From: Chara braunii
Taxonomy: Eukaryota > Plantae > Charophyceae
Assembly: GCA_003427395.1 (NCBI GenBank)
Contig: BFEA01000009.1
Location: forward strand, 7,472,849 to 7,536,848
DNA: 64,000 bases
Direction: 5' to 3'
Part shown: positions 48,163 to 61,690 of the stretch, in pieces
Position numbering within the stretch: the first letter of the stretch is position 1
How the letters are laid out: the number at the start of each line of letters is the position of its first letter
Notes under the pieces: model-generated
What the model saw: the letters and a program-made list of their open reading frames with translations, nothing else
Databases searched by the model: none
What the model was told of the DNA's origin: nothing
Translations under genes and position numbers: made by a program

Positions 48163-49750
48163 TCAATCTTCAAATATCACTTTGTAGTCTCTGTTGAATG
48201 CAGCATTATCATCCTCCCTTGCCCCATTCCATGTGACATTCCCAATTTGTCTTCCCTGGTTTCCGCCCAGCCATTTACAACTGAATTTTCGAAAATGAGT
48301 TTGAATTTCTGATTTGTCTGAAAGAAACTGAACTTTTTCTTTTATTTGAGTTGTTAAGCTCGTGTTTAGAGGTAGAAGGAATTCTTCCATTTCTAAAATA
48401 CGTTGTTCTTTAGGGATATGACTGTTTTGTGATGTAAAACGTGTTTTAAAAAAATCTCTGGCTACTTTTGAGCATGCTGCCGTTGAGGTGACCAGGTCCT
48501 TATTAGGGTCCGTTGGGTCTTGTAAAGCCTCAATTATGGTTCTTCTTGTTTTGGCTCTAGCCATAGCAAAGAACCTTGCATCCATTGAGCCTTCCATATT
48601 GTGAATTTTGAATTTGTCCCTGATTCTTAATCCTTGCCATCTGTATTCCATTTGAGTCAAAAGTTGGTTTTCCAGACATTGGAGTTCTTCAGCTATTGAT
48701 TCTATGACCTCTTGATCTTGGGAGTCTATCTCTTTTCTTTGTAGCTCATTAATTTTATTTTAAGGATTGGTTTCATTCATATGTCTTTGTCTTGCCAAGT
48801 TTAGAATATTCATTGCATTTACGGCCTAGAAAATGTAGGCCGTTGTTAAATCATTTAATGTCATTTCTGAGATGATCCCTCTGATCACTCCAAAAATTTC
48901 AATTGTCTCGAAGGTAATTACGAAAACTATCCATCTTTAGAAGGGATGTATTGAGATGATAAAATCACTTCCCTTGATCTGGTTTCTTCCTAAATGAAAA
49001 GATTGCAATACACATAGCATGATCTAATCCAGGGAAAGGGCTCTTCGAAAAAATGTTTGTCAGCTAGAGGACTCCTTGTAATTCTTCAGCCACTAAGATC
49101 AGATCTATTATTGATTTGAAGTTATGATTTGTATTACCTTGTCTGAAGCAAGAGAAAGTTCTGTTTGTTGGATTCAATCTTCTTTAATAATCAAATAGAT
49201 TAAGAGATTGACATAGGTTTGAAATTATCGTTTCGTCCAATGTCATGTATGATGGATATGGGGAGGGTGGGCGTCATCTATCAAGTTGGTGATCTGGGGC
49301 TACGTTGAAGTCACCAGCTATGATTAGAAGAATGTCTGTAGGGATACGTGAAAAAATATTTTCAAAAAACTTTTGTCTTTCTCCACCCTCATTAGGTCCA
49401 TATATGCAAAGGATTCCCACGATCTCTAGCTCCAACATGGTTAACACATATACCCACCTGCCTTGTTCCTGATCTGCTACTGAGTAAGCAATCTGCGTCC
49501 TGGATTGGGGGGGGATCCAAATAGCTACCCCAGAACTCCCTGGTGTGATGGCATGGGCTTTATAGGATTGGTAATGCCATATCTGTTTGTGTAGGTAGTG
49601 CATTTTTGTATTCATCAAGTGGGTTTCCTGGACACATATTACGTCTGGTCATTCTTTACCATCAATACCTTTTAACTGTTCAAAAATCGCTTGTCTTTTG
49701 CTTAATTTGGCAGAGGCTAGACCATTCACATTTAGAGTTCTAAGGTCTAA
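48163..49750 (-). pseudogene. LINE ORF2: apurinic-like endonuclease and linker, broken
   Basis: LRTLNVNGL, DVICVQETH, GSSGVAI, QGRWV, CIYGPN, IIAGDFN, IDLILV, GLDHAM; then RFFAMARAK..RTIIEALQD. Confidence 0.88.
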
Positions 49751-52534
49751 ATCCGCTTGCCGCCTAAGCAGTTTCCATTCTTTATCTTTATTGTACAAGG
49801 CATCAATAATTTTAATTCCTTCCATAAATATTTTTTGTAAGCTTTCATAATGGCCTTAGGAAAATTTGTCTAGAGGTTCTTCCACTGACCTATATCCAGT
49901 ACCCCTCCCTTTTCCATAATGTCGTGCTTTAGCACTCTGGCTAGGAGGGTCCCCACGTCTTCTTTTGATCAGAACAGGTCTGCCTTGATTTTGAGGATTT
50001 GAATGTCCTTTAGAGCTTCTTGTCCAAACCATTTAAATTCATCATGTTTTGCCCCTTCATACTTGAGGTACACGTCTCTCTCCGCCACCCTCTGTTCTTT
50101 AGTTGTTAATGAAAGGATAGCCATAGCCCCTGGTGGAAAATTTTCCTTTATGACTTTTAATATTTCCAGTTTAATCCAGGATTCTCCCGCCATTCCCCCT
50201 GTAAGAGCTACCAGAGACAGAAATTGAGGTTTGGTTCCTTGCAACGTTACTTCTCCATGTGCAGCTCCTTGTGGTTCTGACAGACCAACTTGCCAATATC
50301 CCCCTTTACTCCTGACTGGCAAAAAGACCACTCCTCTTTTTGATGGAGGGAGGTCCCCTTGACCTTGAGTCATCCATTGTCTGAGCTTCAGTCTTTTGCT
50401 GGTTGGGGTTACTACCATTAATTTTAGATCTTGTTCCTCTTTTTCCTTGGGTCTTTTACTTTCCTCCTCCCTCTTCTGTGCCTCATTCTGTTGAGTCTCT
50501 TCCTTGTCTGGAAACTGAGGTGGTACTCTTGTGGATTGTCCTGACAGGATCAAAAACTTCCTTTCCCCTGTTACTTCCGATACTATCTCTTTTACTCCTT
50601 GTGTAGTCAATACACAAGGGGGTAGCTTAGGGGGGCTGTCTTCTTCGAGGAGTGAGATCTCATTTTCTCTTTCTCGGGACTATATCCTACTCCCCTGTCT
50701 TTTTTCTAGTGTGATACTCCCCTGCCCCTCTTCCAGTGTAATCCCTTCGCTAATTTCAATTTTTGGGATCAAGTCATTTGTTGTATGTTGGAAAAGCAGT
50801 GTGCCTAATGCTGCTGGAACCAGGTTATTTCCAGCAGATTGCAAGACAACTCCTGAAAAGCTCAGAAACAGTATATCCTCCTACGATTTCACTGTCTCAG
50901 CTTTCAGTGGAATTCTAGTAATTGTTCGGTTGTTTTCCTGCAGTATCACTGACTCGACCGTGCGTAACTGTGCATCATGTGTGAGTCTGTTTGCTGTTTG
51001 ACCTCTTTGGAGTGTTGTAGTATCATTCTGAGTCTGTGTACTTTCCTCTGTTATTGACCCAATATGTACCCAAACAGTTTGTGATTGCTGAATGACCTTT
51101 CCGTCATTGACACATATCTGTTGTCCCAGTTCCCCGAGAGTATTGCCTGGGGCCTGCCTTGATTTAGCAATTTCCTGATTTGGTTGGGGGGTTTTTTTTT
51201 TTCCTTTATTTTTTTAGAGTTTCATCCTGCCCTTTGTCTGGTTATACGGTTTGAATTTGAATTTGGATTTGCAAGGGGTAAGGGCTAGGTGTGGGAGCCT
51301 GTTACGAAGTGACAGACGAGAGACTGAGTGGTATGCATTCTGATGTTTATCCAAAATTAACTTTTCACCCACTTTTTTTTTTGTCTGTACTGTCGGAAAT
51401 TTATGTTTCCTTGCTAGAGCCTTGAGTTTTCTCAGGCTACTCAGTTTTGGTTTGTTCAGGCTTAGCGAAACATATGTCTATCGTGTCTCGTGTGTTGACG
51501 AAATCTGCGGAATGACATTATTCATAAGTTGAGGAAAAAATTTGTCGGTTACTACAGTGAGTAGCCTATGGCACATGCTGGTCCAATTTGAACCTTGGGG
51601 AAGACCGTACTGCAGAGCCAGCTTTAGGCTTTCACTGTTTACAAGCACAAGCATGAGATGGTTTTGAATTCGCAGCCAATCTTCATTACTCCCATCTGGG
51701 AACTTTTTTTGCAGATTCATTATCAGTCATTCTCCCAATTTGGTAAGTTCATAGTGTAGGTTCCCCCCACCCTTCCTTGCTGCTATTGATTGTAGGAGAT
51801 AATTCAAGAATTTCAGTGTGAGTAGTTTCTACTTCCATTGGATCAGTAGTCATTGCCATTTTTAGAGGATCAATGTCCATAGGCTGGGACACGTTTTCTT
51901 CTGCAGATAGTAGTGTTTCTTCTGCAGATAGTAGTGTTTCTTCTGCAGATAGTAGTGTTTCTTCTGCAGGTAGCATTAGTTGCTCTGAATGCTCATGTTT
52001 CCTTTTGTCTTGCAACGAAGAATGGAGCTCTGTGTTTTCTTTTATCTCATTTTGTCCTTTCTTCGTAACTACCTTCCATTCTGATCCTTGGTACCGATTT
52101 ATTATCGGCAGATAATTGATAGGATTAGGGTCGATGGACCTTGAACCTTCACTTCTCTAGTGTTGTTGTGAGTTGTTATCAGCTTGATTCTTATTCACAT
52201 CAGCTTTCTGTTCAGTGTGAGTCTTAATTGACAGTTCTTGCACTTTTTTCTGCTTCGAGTGTATCGGAGACTTCTCCTGAATCTTTTTCTGTTGTGAAGA
52301 AGAATTATCATGAGAATAGTGCGGTTGTTGATATCCTTTTCTTCCCCCACCCCCTCCCCTTCGCTGTTGTTGGTGGTGATGAGGTGGGGGGATCTGAGAA
52401 GGAGTCCAGTCTGCAGGCGGCCGAGGGGGTTTTCTCGCATCACTCCTCCCCTCCCAAAACCATCCTATTGGTTGTCCTGATTGATTTAGTTCATCACTAT
52501 ACACCCACCCTTCATACCCATGAGCTAAAGGAAC

Positions 52535-54149
52535 CTACCTGTGAGGTCTCTGTAGGTCATTTTTTAGTTTTTGCTCTGGGGGGGAAGCATGTTGCGGATG
52601 TAGGGGACATGCATATTCCACATTGAGATGACCGTATGCCTTGCACTTAAAGCACCATGGCCGAAATTTGTGGGCCGTATGGATTGAGATGGATTTTTCC
52701 TCCCATTGTGAAGGGGATGATGTCATCCAGAGTAAAGAGTTGATCCTTCGGAAGATCAAGGGTCATCATCAAGTAGTCATCTCGTTTGGCAACATGTGTG
52801 GGCAATGGATCAATGAAATCCACAACCGTATATTGTTGCCCAAAATCATGGATGAACGTTGTGTGGACTTCTATTGGGATGTGCCTGAGTTCCACCCAAT
52901 AGAAGTCCCTCATTCATTGATCTTTTTTCTCCTCCGCTCCCATTTTTTTTGGCAGCCAGGGGTAAATTCGGACATCAGACCCCTCCCATCTCAGCTTCTT
53001 CCAACTGTCCATTTGTTTTTTATCTTTCTCAAATAGACTGATGACTGTGAAGACTGTTGGTGAAACTGGCTGGATTTTAAAAAAATCAAAAACAGCTTCC
53101 GATCCATCTTTCATTGATTCTAATCTCTTACATATCCACCTTGTCTTATCCTTCATGGACCTTACCCCACTATTATCGTAAGAAATTCAGTTGCTCGCAT
53201 GTTTGGTGTACACCTCATCTCGTTTAGCCAGTTTGTCTGTTGGGTATGCCTTCATTAAGGTTTTCCTTCCCCCTTGATCAGTAACAACTCGCTCCGATGC
53301 CTGTAGGAATAAGGATAAAAAATATGCTCTTACAGAGGAAAGATTCCTCATTGGGATTCTGAATACATCTCCTTGTGAGGCAGATGGGTCGATGGATGCT
53401 CTGATGATGTTCAGAGTCTTGTCACTCGTTGTTTCTCTCACTCTCTGTGCCCATGTGGGCTGCGTGGTTTTGACCATCTCTGGAAAAGGGGATGGACCAA
53501 TCATATTGGAAGAGGAAGAGGCCGACAATGAAGGAACCGCATCAGATTGAGAGATATCCTGGGTTTTCATTGTCTTATGCATGTTCCTTCGTTCTTCTTC
53601 TATTAATATTTCCTCCTCCATAATCATGTTCCGTTGAGTATCGGGGATGATTTTTCCACTTATTTCCTCCATTATGGAATTTTGCGAGATTTGAGGACCA
53701 TGAGGCTTCTGAATGGAGGGGGAAATGTCAATCGTGCTTTGCTGATTCTGTGATGATTCGTTATCTCCAATTTGCAGGGTACTTGTATCTGAGGGTGCTC
53801 CTTTCTGGGTCCTTTGATCCGATTGCGAAAAACCGTGGACAAAAGACTGCATTATATTCATATTATTATCCTCTGAGAAGCTTTGTACCTTTTTACCTTC
53901 CTGTTTCGAATCTTGTTCTGTCGTTGTTTTGCTCGCCCATGCTATCCTCTGCACCGACCCCCCCTCCTGGCTCTGAGTACCCTTATGTCTCTTGTCACAG
54001 ATTCTCATTCCAATCGTTTGTGAATCCTGACATGCCCCCAGGCGTGTGTATGGAGCCATACCTAAGTGACGTATCAGGGAATGCCTCATCGCTCCTTGGT
54101 AAAAAAGGAGCGATTCTGGGCCTTTCGCCCTTTTGAAGTTGAGCTTCAT
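52535..54149 (-). pseudogene. LINE ORF1 (gag-like) with CCHC-type zinc knuckle, frameshifted
   Basis: TWAQRV, VRIYPW, FYWVELRHIPIEVH, WCFKCKAYGHLNVEYACP. Confidence 0.75.
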
Positions 54150-56285
54150 CTTTTCCGGAGCCTCTTCCTTTCTTCTGTTTCGGAAAATTACTCCAATTAC
54201 TTCTTTAATATTAATCAGAAATTTCAATTTTATTTTTAATCAAGTCAATAATTAATTACTTGGTCGGAAACCAGGTGACGATACTCTGTAGTAGGAAGTC
54301 AAAAGGAATTGGGGGCAAACGGTGATGACTTACCTCCCGTTTGAGTACTCCAGCTTTTGTCGATGAGGAGAAATTACCTCAGCTTCCAACACTGGTGCTG
54401 TCCAATGCTCCTGACAGAGTGCGGCAACTTATATCTCCTTTCACAATTGATCTTCCTTTTTTCTCGTCGTCTTCCTCCTTTTCCCTATTATTCCTCCCTC
54501 CTCCCTCCTCCCTCCTCCCTCCTCCTCTAACCCTCTTGCCATTTGCGTTCGCATACTATTTCTCTTCCCACCTTCTTACCTCTTTCAATCCTCTTGCTTT
54601 ATCGTCGTCTTTTCACTGATCCTTGTTGTACGTTCGTTTCCCACATGCTCTCCCCTTCTTCTCACTTCTTTCTCGTTTACTTGTGCTTGATTTCCACCTC
54701 GGTAGGTTGATGGTTACGAAAGAGGTTTCTTCTTCCGTAGTTGGAATACCTCTTACTCTTCCTTCCTGCCCTATTCATCCACTCTTCTCATCTTTCCTCT
54801 TTTAGAAAGACTATCAGTTGACCTACTCTGACTAATATTAGTATTTTCTCTATTTCAGTAATGACCTGCCAGGTAAGCCAAATTTTCTAACCCCACCACA
54901 GTGAAAGAAGGTCAGTTATACTGTATTTTCTGGTGACAGCAAAAATAGGAGGAAACCTAATCTATCCCTATTGAGCTTTCAGACGAATTGTGAATAATGG
55001 AAATAAACACGAAACTATACCAGTCAAGTGGTACTGCCGTTAGGGCAATACCGTTTTTTGATGCAACATATGAACTACTTTTCACACCCTCAGACTCACA
55101 ACTTGACTTCAAAGGATCTATCTTCCTTTGATTTCATTTGATGTGGTTCACATATCTTCCAAATACTGGCTTCCGGAACCCCACAACCCGCAATTTCTGG
55201 CGTGGAAGAACACGTATGGTCGTTTTCACATCATCCGCGGCGTGGAAAAGTGGCTCCGGAGGACATCTCGCTGTGATTTTGTGCTGAAAGTTGATAGTGA
55301 GGGCGGGAGTGCGAGGGGTACTTTCCAAGGTCACGCCCGCCGTTTGAACCAGCAAGTTTCCTGCCCCTTGGCCTACCCCGGTCCTGGAGCCCTGCGTCAC
55401 CCACATGAGGCCGCACGGACATTCCTTGTGTCCAACCCACGCCTTCCGGACATTCGGCCACTTTCCTTTTCGGGGTGCTGAACGGGGACCTTTCCTATTA
55501 CGGAATATCACTTGCGCACTTTGCCGCAAAACGCAGTCCGCTATGGGGTCCGGGCAAAACAGTTTCCAACCTTTCCAAAATTGTTCGGCTGCTTTTTATG
55601 GCCAGATGTCTTTTCCATCGTTTTTCCTGTGGGGTCCAACTCGAAGTTGAGTGTGCACATTTGTCACGGAGGTGGGGCTCGACCCAGAGAGCGGATACGA
55701 GGCTGCTTGACTTCTGGAGTTTTTGAGCTACTACTTCGGGGCTCGTTCGACACCACTTGAGTTTGAGCCTTAAAAAATGACCAATCCTAGGTTTCTTACC
55801 ATGAAACTATAGATCTACCTGATCAAACCATATATTTACGTATTCAATCTGATGCAAATCTCTTTCCAATAGCATAACATATTAAATTTTCAATTTTTGT
55901 TTTTATTTTTCTAATGTGGTGGAACCTTATCCAATATGGTCAATGTTTTTTTTTTTTTTTCCCATCAATAACTGTGTTTCCATTGAAGTTTAGTTTTTTT
56001 TTTCATTCCGCAATTTGCCCTTGAGAAACCTAAACAAGTCGTTTGGCCTGCTCAGTAAGGTTTTTTTTGGGATAAGTGATGATCGGCAAGACCACCACTC
56101 ATCCCAAAAAATGACCCTTACCGGACAAAATGACCGCTTCAAGTCGCTCAAGTACAAATTATGAAATGGAAAAAAAAAAGGTTAAAAAACTCAGTTTTTA
56201 CAAACGTATGACTTGATGGAAATGAAGACTAAGGACCTTAAAATTTAGGCACTCGTAATTTTGAGCACCTCCCAATAACCTCTTA

Positions 56286-56871
56286 GGCTGGGACCCCACA
56301 GGAATGCGGAAAGGAAAAACTTTGCCGCGGAAGTGTTTCCGGGACCCCACAGCCTGCGTATAATGCATTGGAAAGCGGCGAATTCTTTCCAAGGACCGTC
56401 TTCCGGGACCCCACAGGCCACGTTTTTTTGCGTGGAAGGTAGCAGTTGGACGTCTTCACTCCGTCTGCGTCCTGGAAAAGGCCGTCGGGAGGAAAGTTCG
56501 CCGCAAAAATGTGCCGAAAGCTGAGATTGGCCTCGGGGGCTGTCTCGCACTTTTCCAAGGTCTGGTCCGGTTTTTGGACCGCGTAATGTCCATGCGTGGC
56601 CCCCACGGACATTGCTACGGCCGGGCAGTCGTGGAGGGAAGTGTCGCACGGTTTCCGTCAGTCCAGCGGGCGCCTCCCGGACAGTAAAAACTTTCCCTTT
56701 TTGGCCACCCCCCACGACCCTTTCCTATTTCGGAAAGAAACATCGCAGCTTTGCCGCGAAACAGCCTCCGCAGTGGGATCCCGGAAAAATGAGTTTCCAG
56801 CTTTCCAGAAACTCTTGCCCTCTCTTTGCGGCCGACCGGCTTTCCATCCGCACCGCAGTGGGGTCCCAGCC
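56286..56871. mobile_element. PIF/Harbinger-like MITE (586 bp)
   Basis: 14 bp TIR GGCTGGGACCCCAC / GTGGGGTCCCAGCC flanked by TTA/TAA; internal GGGACCCCACAG repeats. Confidence 0.8.
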
Positions 56872-57192
56872 TAACTAGGTCGAGTAGGCCAAGGCTTCAT
56901 CTATTTTGAGGCGAGTATAGGGCCGCAAGTTTTAAGAAGACGAGGGTGGCGACAAACGGTTCAAAAAAAAAATCGTTTAGGGTCTATGACCACTTGCGTC
57001 GTGGCCTCATTCACTTTTGTAAAGCGGTTAAGGAAAAAAAGACAAGAAGGAAAATTTGTGGGTTGTGAAGCCCTCTCTCTTTAAAACACAAGAGGTGAAA
57101 GTTTTAATATAAAAAATTACCCTTCAAGTGCCGGTGCCAAGAATTGTGTACCAATTCCTTTAAAAACTTCTAACAGATCGCAGGGGCTATTC

Positions 57193-57234
<42 letters not shown>

Positions 57235-58663
57235 CTAACAGATCGACAGCAATAAGTCCTCCATAGGTTTCTCAGACAATAACAAGTTTACGCACAGGTG
57301 TAGACAGTGCCCCGATGCCCTGCCATCTTAGAAAATGCCAGCTTGTGCGGTCACACAGCAACTTGAAATTTGAAGTTGTTGAGGGATGCCTGCAATTCTC
57401 TTCTGTGAGCTCATAGATTTGGAGGGAGAGAGGGGGGGGGGCAGGAAATTGCCACCACCTCTAGAGGTGGTCGCAAATTGCTCAACCCCAAGGCCCCTCA
57501 GGCTGCTGGCATTTGCCACACAAATTGCGAATATGATAGGCGGGCGGGCAAAGTGTGACTGCAAAACTAATTTAAGCAAACATAGCTGCTGTCTTGGCCA
57601 AAAAAGCCCCCAGTTTGAGTACGCCCTTACTCTCCAACACGCAGGACGCGACACCTGAAAGCCAGCTTTGTCCACCCCAACTCGAGGTCGACTCTCGAAA
57701 CGCAAGGCCGTTTGGAGGGCACGGCCGAAGATCCTCAAAGCCAAGTTGCAGAGGGAGGGCGGCAGGAGGAACGAAGGAAGGGGAGAGAAAAAGAAAAAGG
57801 AAAAAGGAGTGGCCATGCAGCCTGACTGTGCATCCGCATCTGGATGACATTGTCCTATCAGCTGGACACAGACGGTGCAGCTGGCCATGCGAAAGTGACG
57901 AGTGCCTTCTTGTGACACAGGCGATCACGGAATCGAGTATTGCGGAGGACCGCTCAAATCCCAGCGCAATAAGTGGTACTAGCATCTTTTTTTATCGCAA
58001 TTGCAGGAAGCACAGCTCATGCTGCTGCATGGTACACATGAAACCTTGACCAAGCAGATCCTAAGTTCTAGCCCTGAGGGGAAATCAGATGGAGAGAAAA
58101 AGATGCAGAAACAAATGCCAAAAGACTCCATGTTAGTCCCCAGCATAGTCTTCCTGGCGTAATCACTTTCATCTTGGTGGAGGCATTACGCACACCCTGA
58201 TAACTCCATAAGGGAGGAAGCATTCAGGGCAGGGTCACACTAGCACTTTTTCTACTAAGCTCTGGATGTGATTGCAGTCACATTCATCCAGGCAAGGCCG
58301 TAATTGCCGACGGATACATCCACGAAAATCTCAGTGTGATTAGGATCTCATCTGCCGACCGCCAAGAGTAGTTCCAAGTGGCAAGAGAGACTCCCTGGAA
58401 ACACCTAGACCTTGAACAGTGAAGTCGTCAGCATTCCAGAAACACGTAGACCAAGAGAGACTGCTTGGAAACGCATAGACCTTCGACAGTGAAGCCGTCA
58501 GCATTCCCAGGACAAGGTCCCATTTACCTGGGTTTTATACTTTTTCGACTGCTTGGAAACCTTGAACAGGAAATTTGCCAGCATTCCGGGAGCAAGGTTC
58601 TGCGTACCTGAGGGGTAAAAAAGGGAAAAAGAAGGTTCCAGTTCCATGGATTCTATGGGCCTC

Positions 58664-58976
58664 GCTCCACTACTGTCCACTATACAAAAATGGAGAGCCG
58701 GACGTCTATCCACTTACTGGCCACTGTCTATGTGAAAAACTGCTCGGACAGTAGTAAAAAATCGTATGGACAATCTACTATCCGTGATTGTACAATTCCC
58801 AGCCTGCAAAATTTGTTATGTGGAAAGTCCTTGAAGGAACTCACACTGCGGACCCGAACCTGGCGGACCCGAACTTGGAGAGTGTACTTGGAGTTTGGGC
58901 GGACAAAACGCTTTCCACGCCCTGGCTTGTAGTGCTGACACGGTTGGGGTGGTGTATAGTGGACAGTAAGTGGAGC
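58664..58976. repeat. Inverted-repeat bounded segment (MITE-like)
   Basis: GCTCCACTACTGTCCACTATACA versus TGTATAGTGGACAGTAAGTGGAGC. Confidence 0.6.
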
Positions 58977-59684
58977 GATGCCCCGTTTCCATGGTTTTGG
59001 CACACTGACAGCTGTCCACGAACTCTACAAAATTTTGCATTGCGGACAGTAGGTCAGTGAGGCCCTATGTTGTTGGCCATTAAACTACCAGTAGGTCTCC
59101 CAGCCATGTTTTCAGAGACACAGTGTGCATGCTGCCAAGTCGCGGGGGAAATACCAGGTTGCCGTTGTGGTGGACATCCATCCAGGCAGAACGGGCCTCT
59201 CATTCGACCTGTTTTGCCTAGATGGATGTCCAGTGAAATGCCACCCCGGTACATCCTGCCGGATGCAGCAGCATACATGCCACATCTCCCAAAAAAATCG
59301 CTGGAAAACTACTTGTGGTTTGATCTGTGTAGCCCATAGCCCAGACTGAAGAATTCAGGGGGGGAGAGCGAGGTCCCACTCTAGAAGATTCTTTCTCTGA
59401 CCCTAGATAACAAAGATCAGCGGGCCGGAAATGCCTGGTCCCGACCCAGATAAGTTGGACCTCACCGCGGGACCCTGCGGTAGTAATACATCATCTAGGA
59501 TGAAACACGGAGCAATAAGAACTAAAAACAAAGGAAGCATGAAACCACAAGAAGAAAATAAAAAAATAAAAAGTAAATAAATGGAGTTTGAACTTCGAAA
59601 AGAAAAAGAAAACCCACCAAAAAAGTTAGGGTTTCTGTTCCTACTCTGACAAGAAATCTATTTTCTTCAAAGAAGAAGAACTAC

Positions 59685-59765
59685 GGCGAGTGGCTCAGTG
59701 GTTAGGGCACCGGTTGGAAATACACATTGTGGTTCTCGAGGTCATGGGTTCAAAACTCCGCGTTC
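59685..59765 (+). mobile_element. tRNA-derived SINE head / tRNA pseudogene
   Basis: A-box TGGCTCAGTGG and B-box GGTTCAAA; no clean cloverleaf. Confidence 0.55.
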
Positions 59766-60179
59766 ATGCACATGCACACCGGCAGACGTTTACATAACGT
59801 ATACCCATCTGCAAACCCCGCTGTGCTGACGCAGGTAAGCTATTACAGACATTGCCTTGCGCACCACCCAGGGGTCCTAGTCCATGGTTGATGTATGTCG
59901 GGTCTGGGCTATATATGAGATGTTTGCCTAATGACCTTGGTTCATGGGGCCGTTTGAATGCTTGTACACTTGGGGGATGATTGCTCATTTGCCTTCCGGT
60001 GCAGCATTGCACATAAATCGGTTAGTTGTGTTACATTCACGTAGTGGGATGCAGGCTGAGAGACTTACACCCCGCCTATAGAATCAGGAACAGTCGATGA
60101 GAGGAGACGTAGTACAGTCTGTGGTCGGGGTTGGTAGGGCTCTTGGGGTTAAAGTAGAGATTAGGTGGGCCCGTTGCTA

Positions 60180-60415
60180 CCTTCTTCCCCCGAACATAAC
60201 GCATATATGTTGTAAACGAATACAACGCATAGGGTGTGTTCTATTCGAATGCAACGAATATGTGTTCTATCTGATTCTATTCGAATGCACCGAATATGTG
60301 TTCTATCCGAATAGCCCTAAATTTTGAATACAACGCACATGCGCTCTATTCAATTTTTTTTTCAAATTTGAAAACTCGAATACAACGCATATGCGCTATG
60401 TTCGGGGGAAGAAGG
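60180..60415. mobile_element. Tc1/mariner-like MITE, longer variant
   Basis: TIR CCTTCTTCCCCCGAACATAACGCATAT / ATATGCGCTATGTTCGGGGGAAGAAGG; internal GAATACAACGCA repeats. Confidence 0.78.
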
Positions 60416-60561
60416 CAGTTGGAGATCTGGGGGGGTCGGCCGCCAGGCACAGGAGGGGTTAGATGAGGGCTACTCCCTAGGACAATAACCCGTGGAATGG
60501 AACAGTTGATGAGAGTGAGACTTAGTACGCTCTATGGTCGATGTTGGTCCGAAAAACACTA

Positions 60562-60666
60562 CCGTCTTCCCCCGAGCACAACGCACCCTCATTCTGGCTG
60601 TATCTGGCCGGAAATATAGCTTGTATACATTCATTTTTTGGGTGCGTTATGGTCGGGGGAAGACGG
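60562..60666. mobile_element. Tc1/mariner-like MITE (105 bp), inverted copy of 15408-15512
   Basis: Same TIRs and reverse-complemented internal sequence. Confidence 0.8.
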
Positions 60667-61387
60667 GGAGGCGCAGTGCTACCGGGAGCGCTTCGCCCCA
60701 TCCCAATAGTGCGTTATTGCGGAGGGAATATCGGCGCCTCGGCATTTTGCGCAGTGCTTTCACTCGGAGGGCACGTGGAGGGTATCTCTTTCTGGCGGCG
60801 TTTGCATGGAGAGAGTTTTGAGACGTCGGAGATGGAGAGGGAGGTACTTGGATGAAGGATGGACAGAGGAGGAAGTGATTGGGACAAGGTAGAGAAGGCG
60901 ACGAGGCCACTGGAGGTTTGTGGCGTTTGAGTGATGGAGCGTGCGAGATGACGGTAATAACAATCTACACAAGCGTCTTGCTAACATGGAATGTTCTTCT
61001 CTCCCTCTGGACTGCCAGCGAGAGGCCGCCGACGGGCTTGGCGGAGTTTGTCTCGCTACGTGGCTGATACAAGGTAAGTCAAGGCCACGATCCGATTGTC
61101 TTCGTCGTTCAGCCTTTACTTCATGGCTGCAACGGGTTGCAGGCCACGAGATGGTTGAGTTGCTTTTCAGCCGACGAAGGAGGAGGTGGAGGTTGGGAGT
61201 GGGGAGGAACGTGACATGATTGTGGGATGGCAACAATAGCAATTGTATGTCAAAACACCTTGTAGACCCTACTTTGTTTTCTGATAGGTGTAATCTGGTT
61301 TTGTTTGTGTTGTAACCTCATGTTGTTTTTCAGATCTTGATTCATCCCTATTTCGCGTACCTAGTAGATATCTGGCGTGTAGTTCTG

Positions 61388-61690
61388 TAATTCAAATTTT
61401 AGTTCGTATATCTTGATTTGAAACCCATGTTTCTGATGTTTTTAGTTCTGATGTTTGCAGGATAAAATTGATACAAAGTTTGTTAAAATAAATCTCGTGA
61501 CCTTGAAGTTCGCAATTCAGAAGTAAATTCTGATTTCTTTTTTCATTTGCTCAAATTTCCGAGTCAAATTCTAGTTCGTATATCTTCATTTGAAACCCTT
61601 GATTCTAATGTTCTTAGTTCTGATGTTCATCGGATAAAATTGATACAAACTTTCCTGATCTTGAAGCTCACAATTCAGAAGTAAATTCTG
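61388..61690. repeat. ~170 bp diverged tandem duplication
   Basis: TCAAATT.TAGTTCGTATATCTT.ATTTGAAACCC...GGATAAAATTGATACAAA...CAATTCAGAAGTAAATTCTGA twice. Confidence 0.8.

Larger units (their letters stand above)
47829..55151 (-). mobile_element. L1/Tx1-like LINE, TSD-bounded, decayed, no RT domain seen
   Basis: 14 bp TSD ATATCTTCCAAATA (47815-47828, 55152-55165), A-rich tail ~47830-47857, ORF1 zinc knuckle, APE endonuclease. Confidence 0.85.
47716..55642. mobile_element. PIF/Harbinger-like MITE split by the LINE (47716-47828 and 55152-55642)
   Basis: TIR GAGTTGGACCCCACAG / CTGTGGGGTCCAACTC, flanks TAA/GAA; related to the intact copy at 56286-56871. Confidence 0.75.

Noticed and set aside
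57328-58640. Cys-rich minus-strand translation suggesting a SWIM/CxC transposase domain
   Set aside because: Interrupted by stops, with no catalytic motif recognisable.
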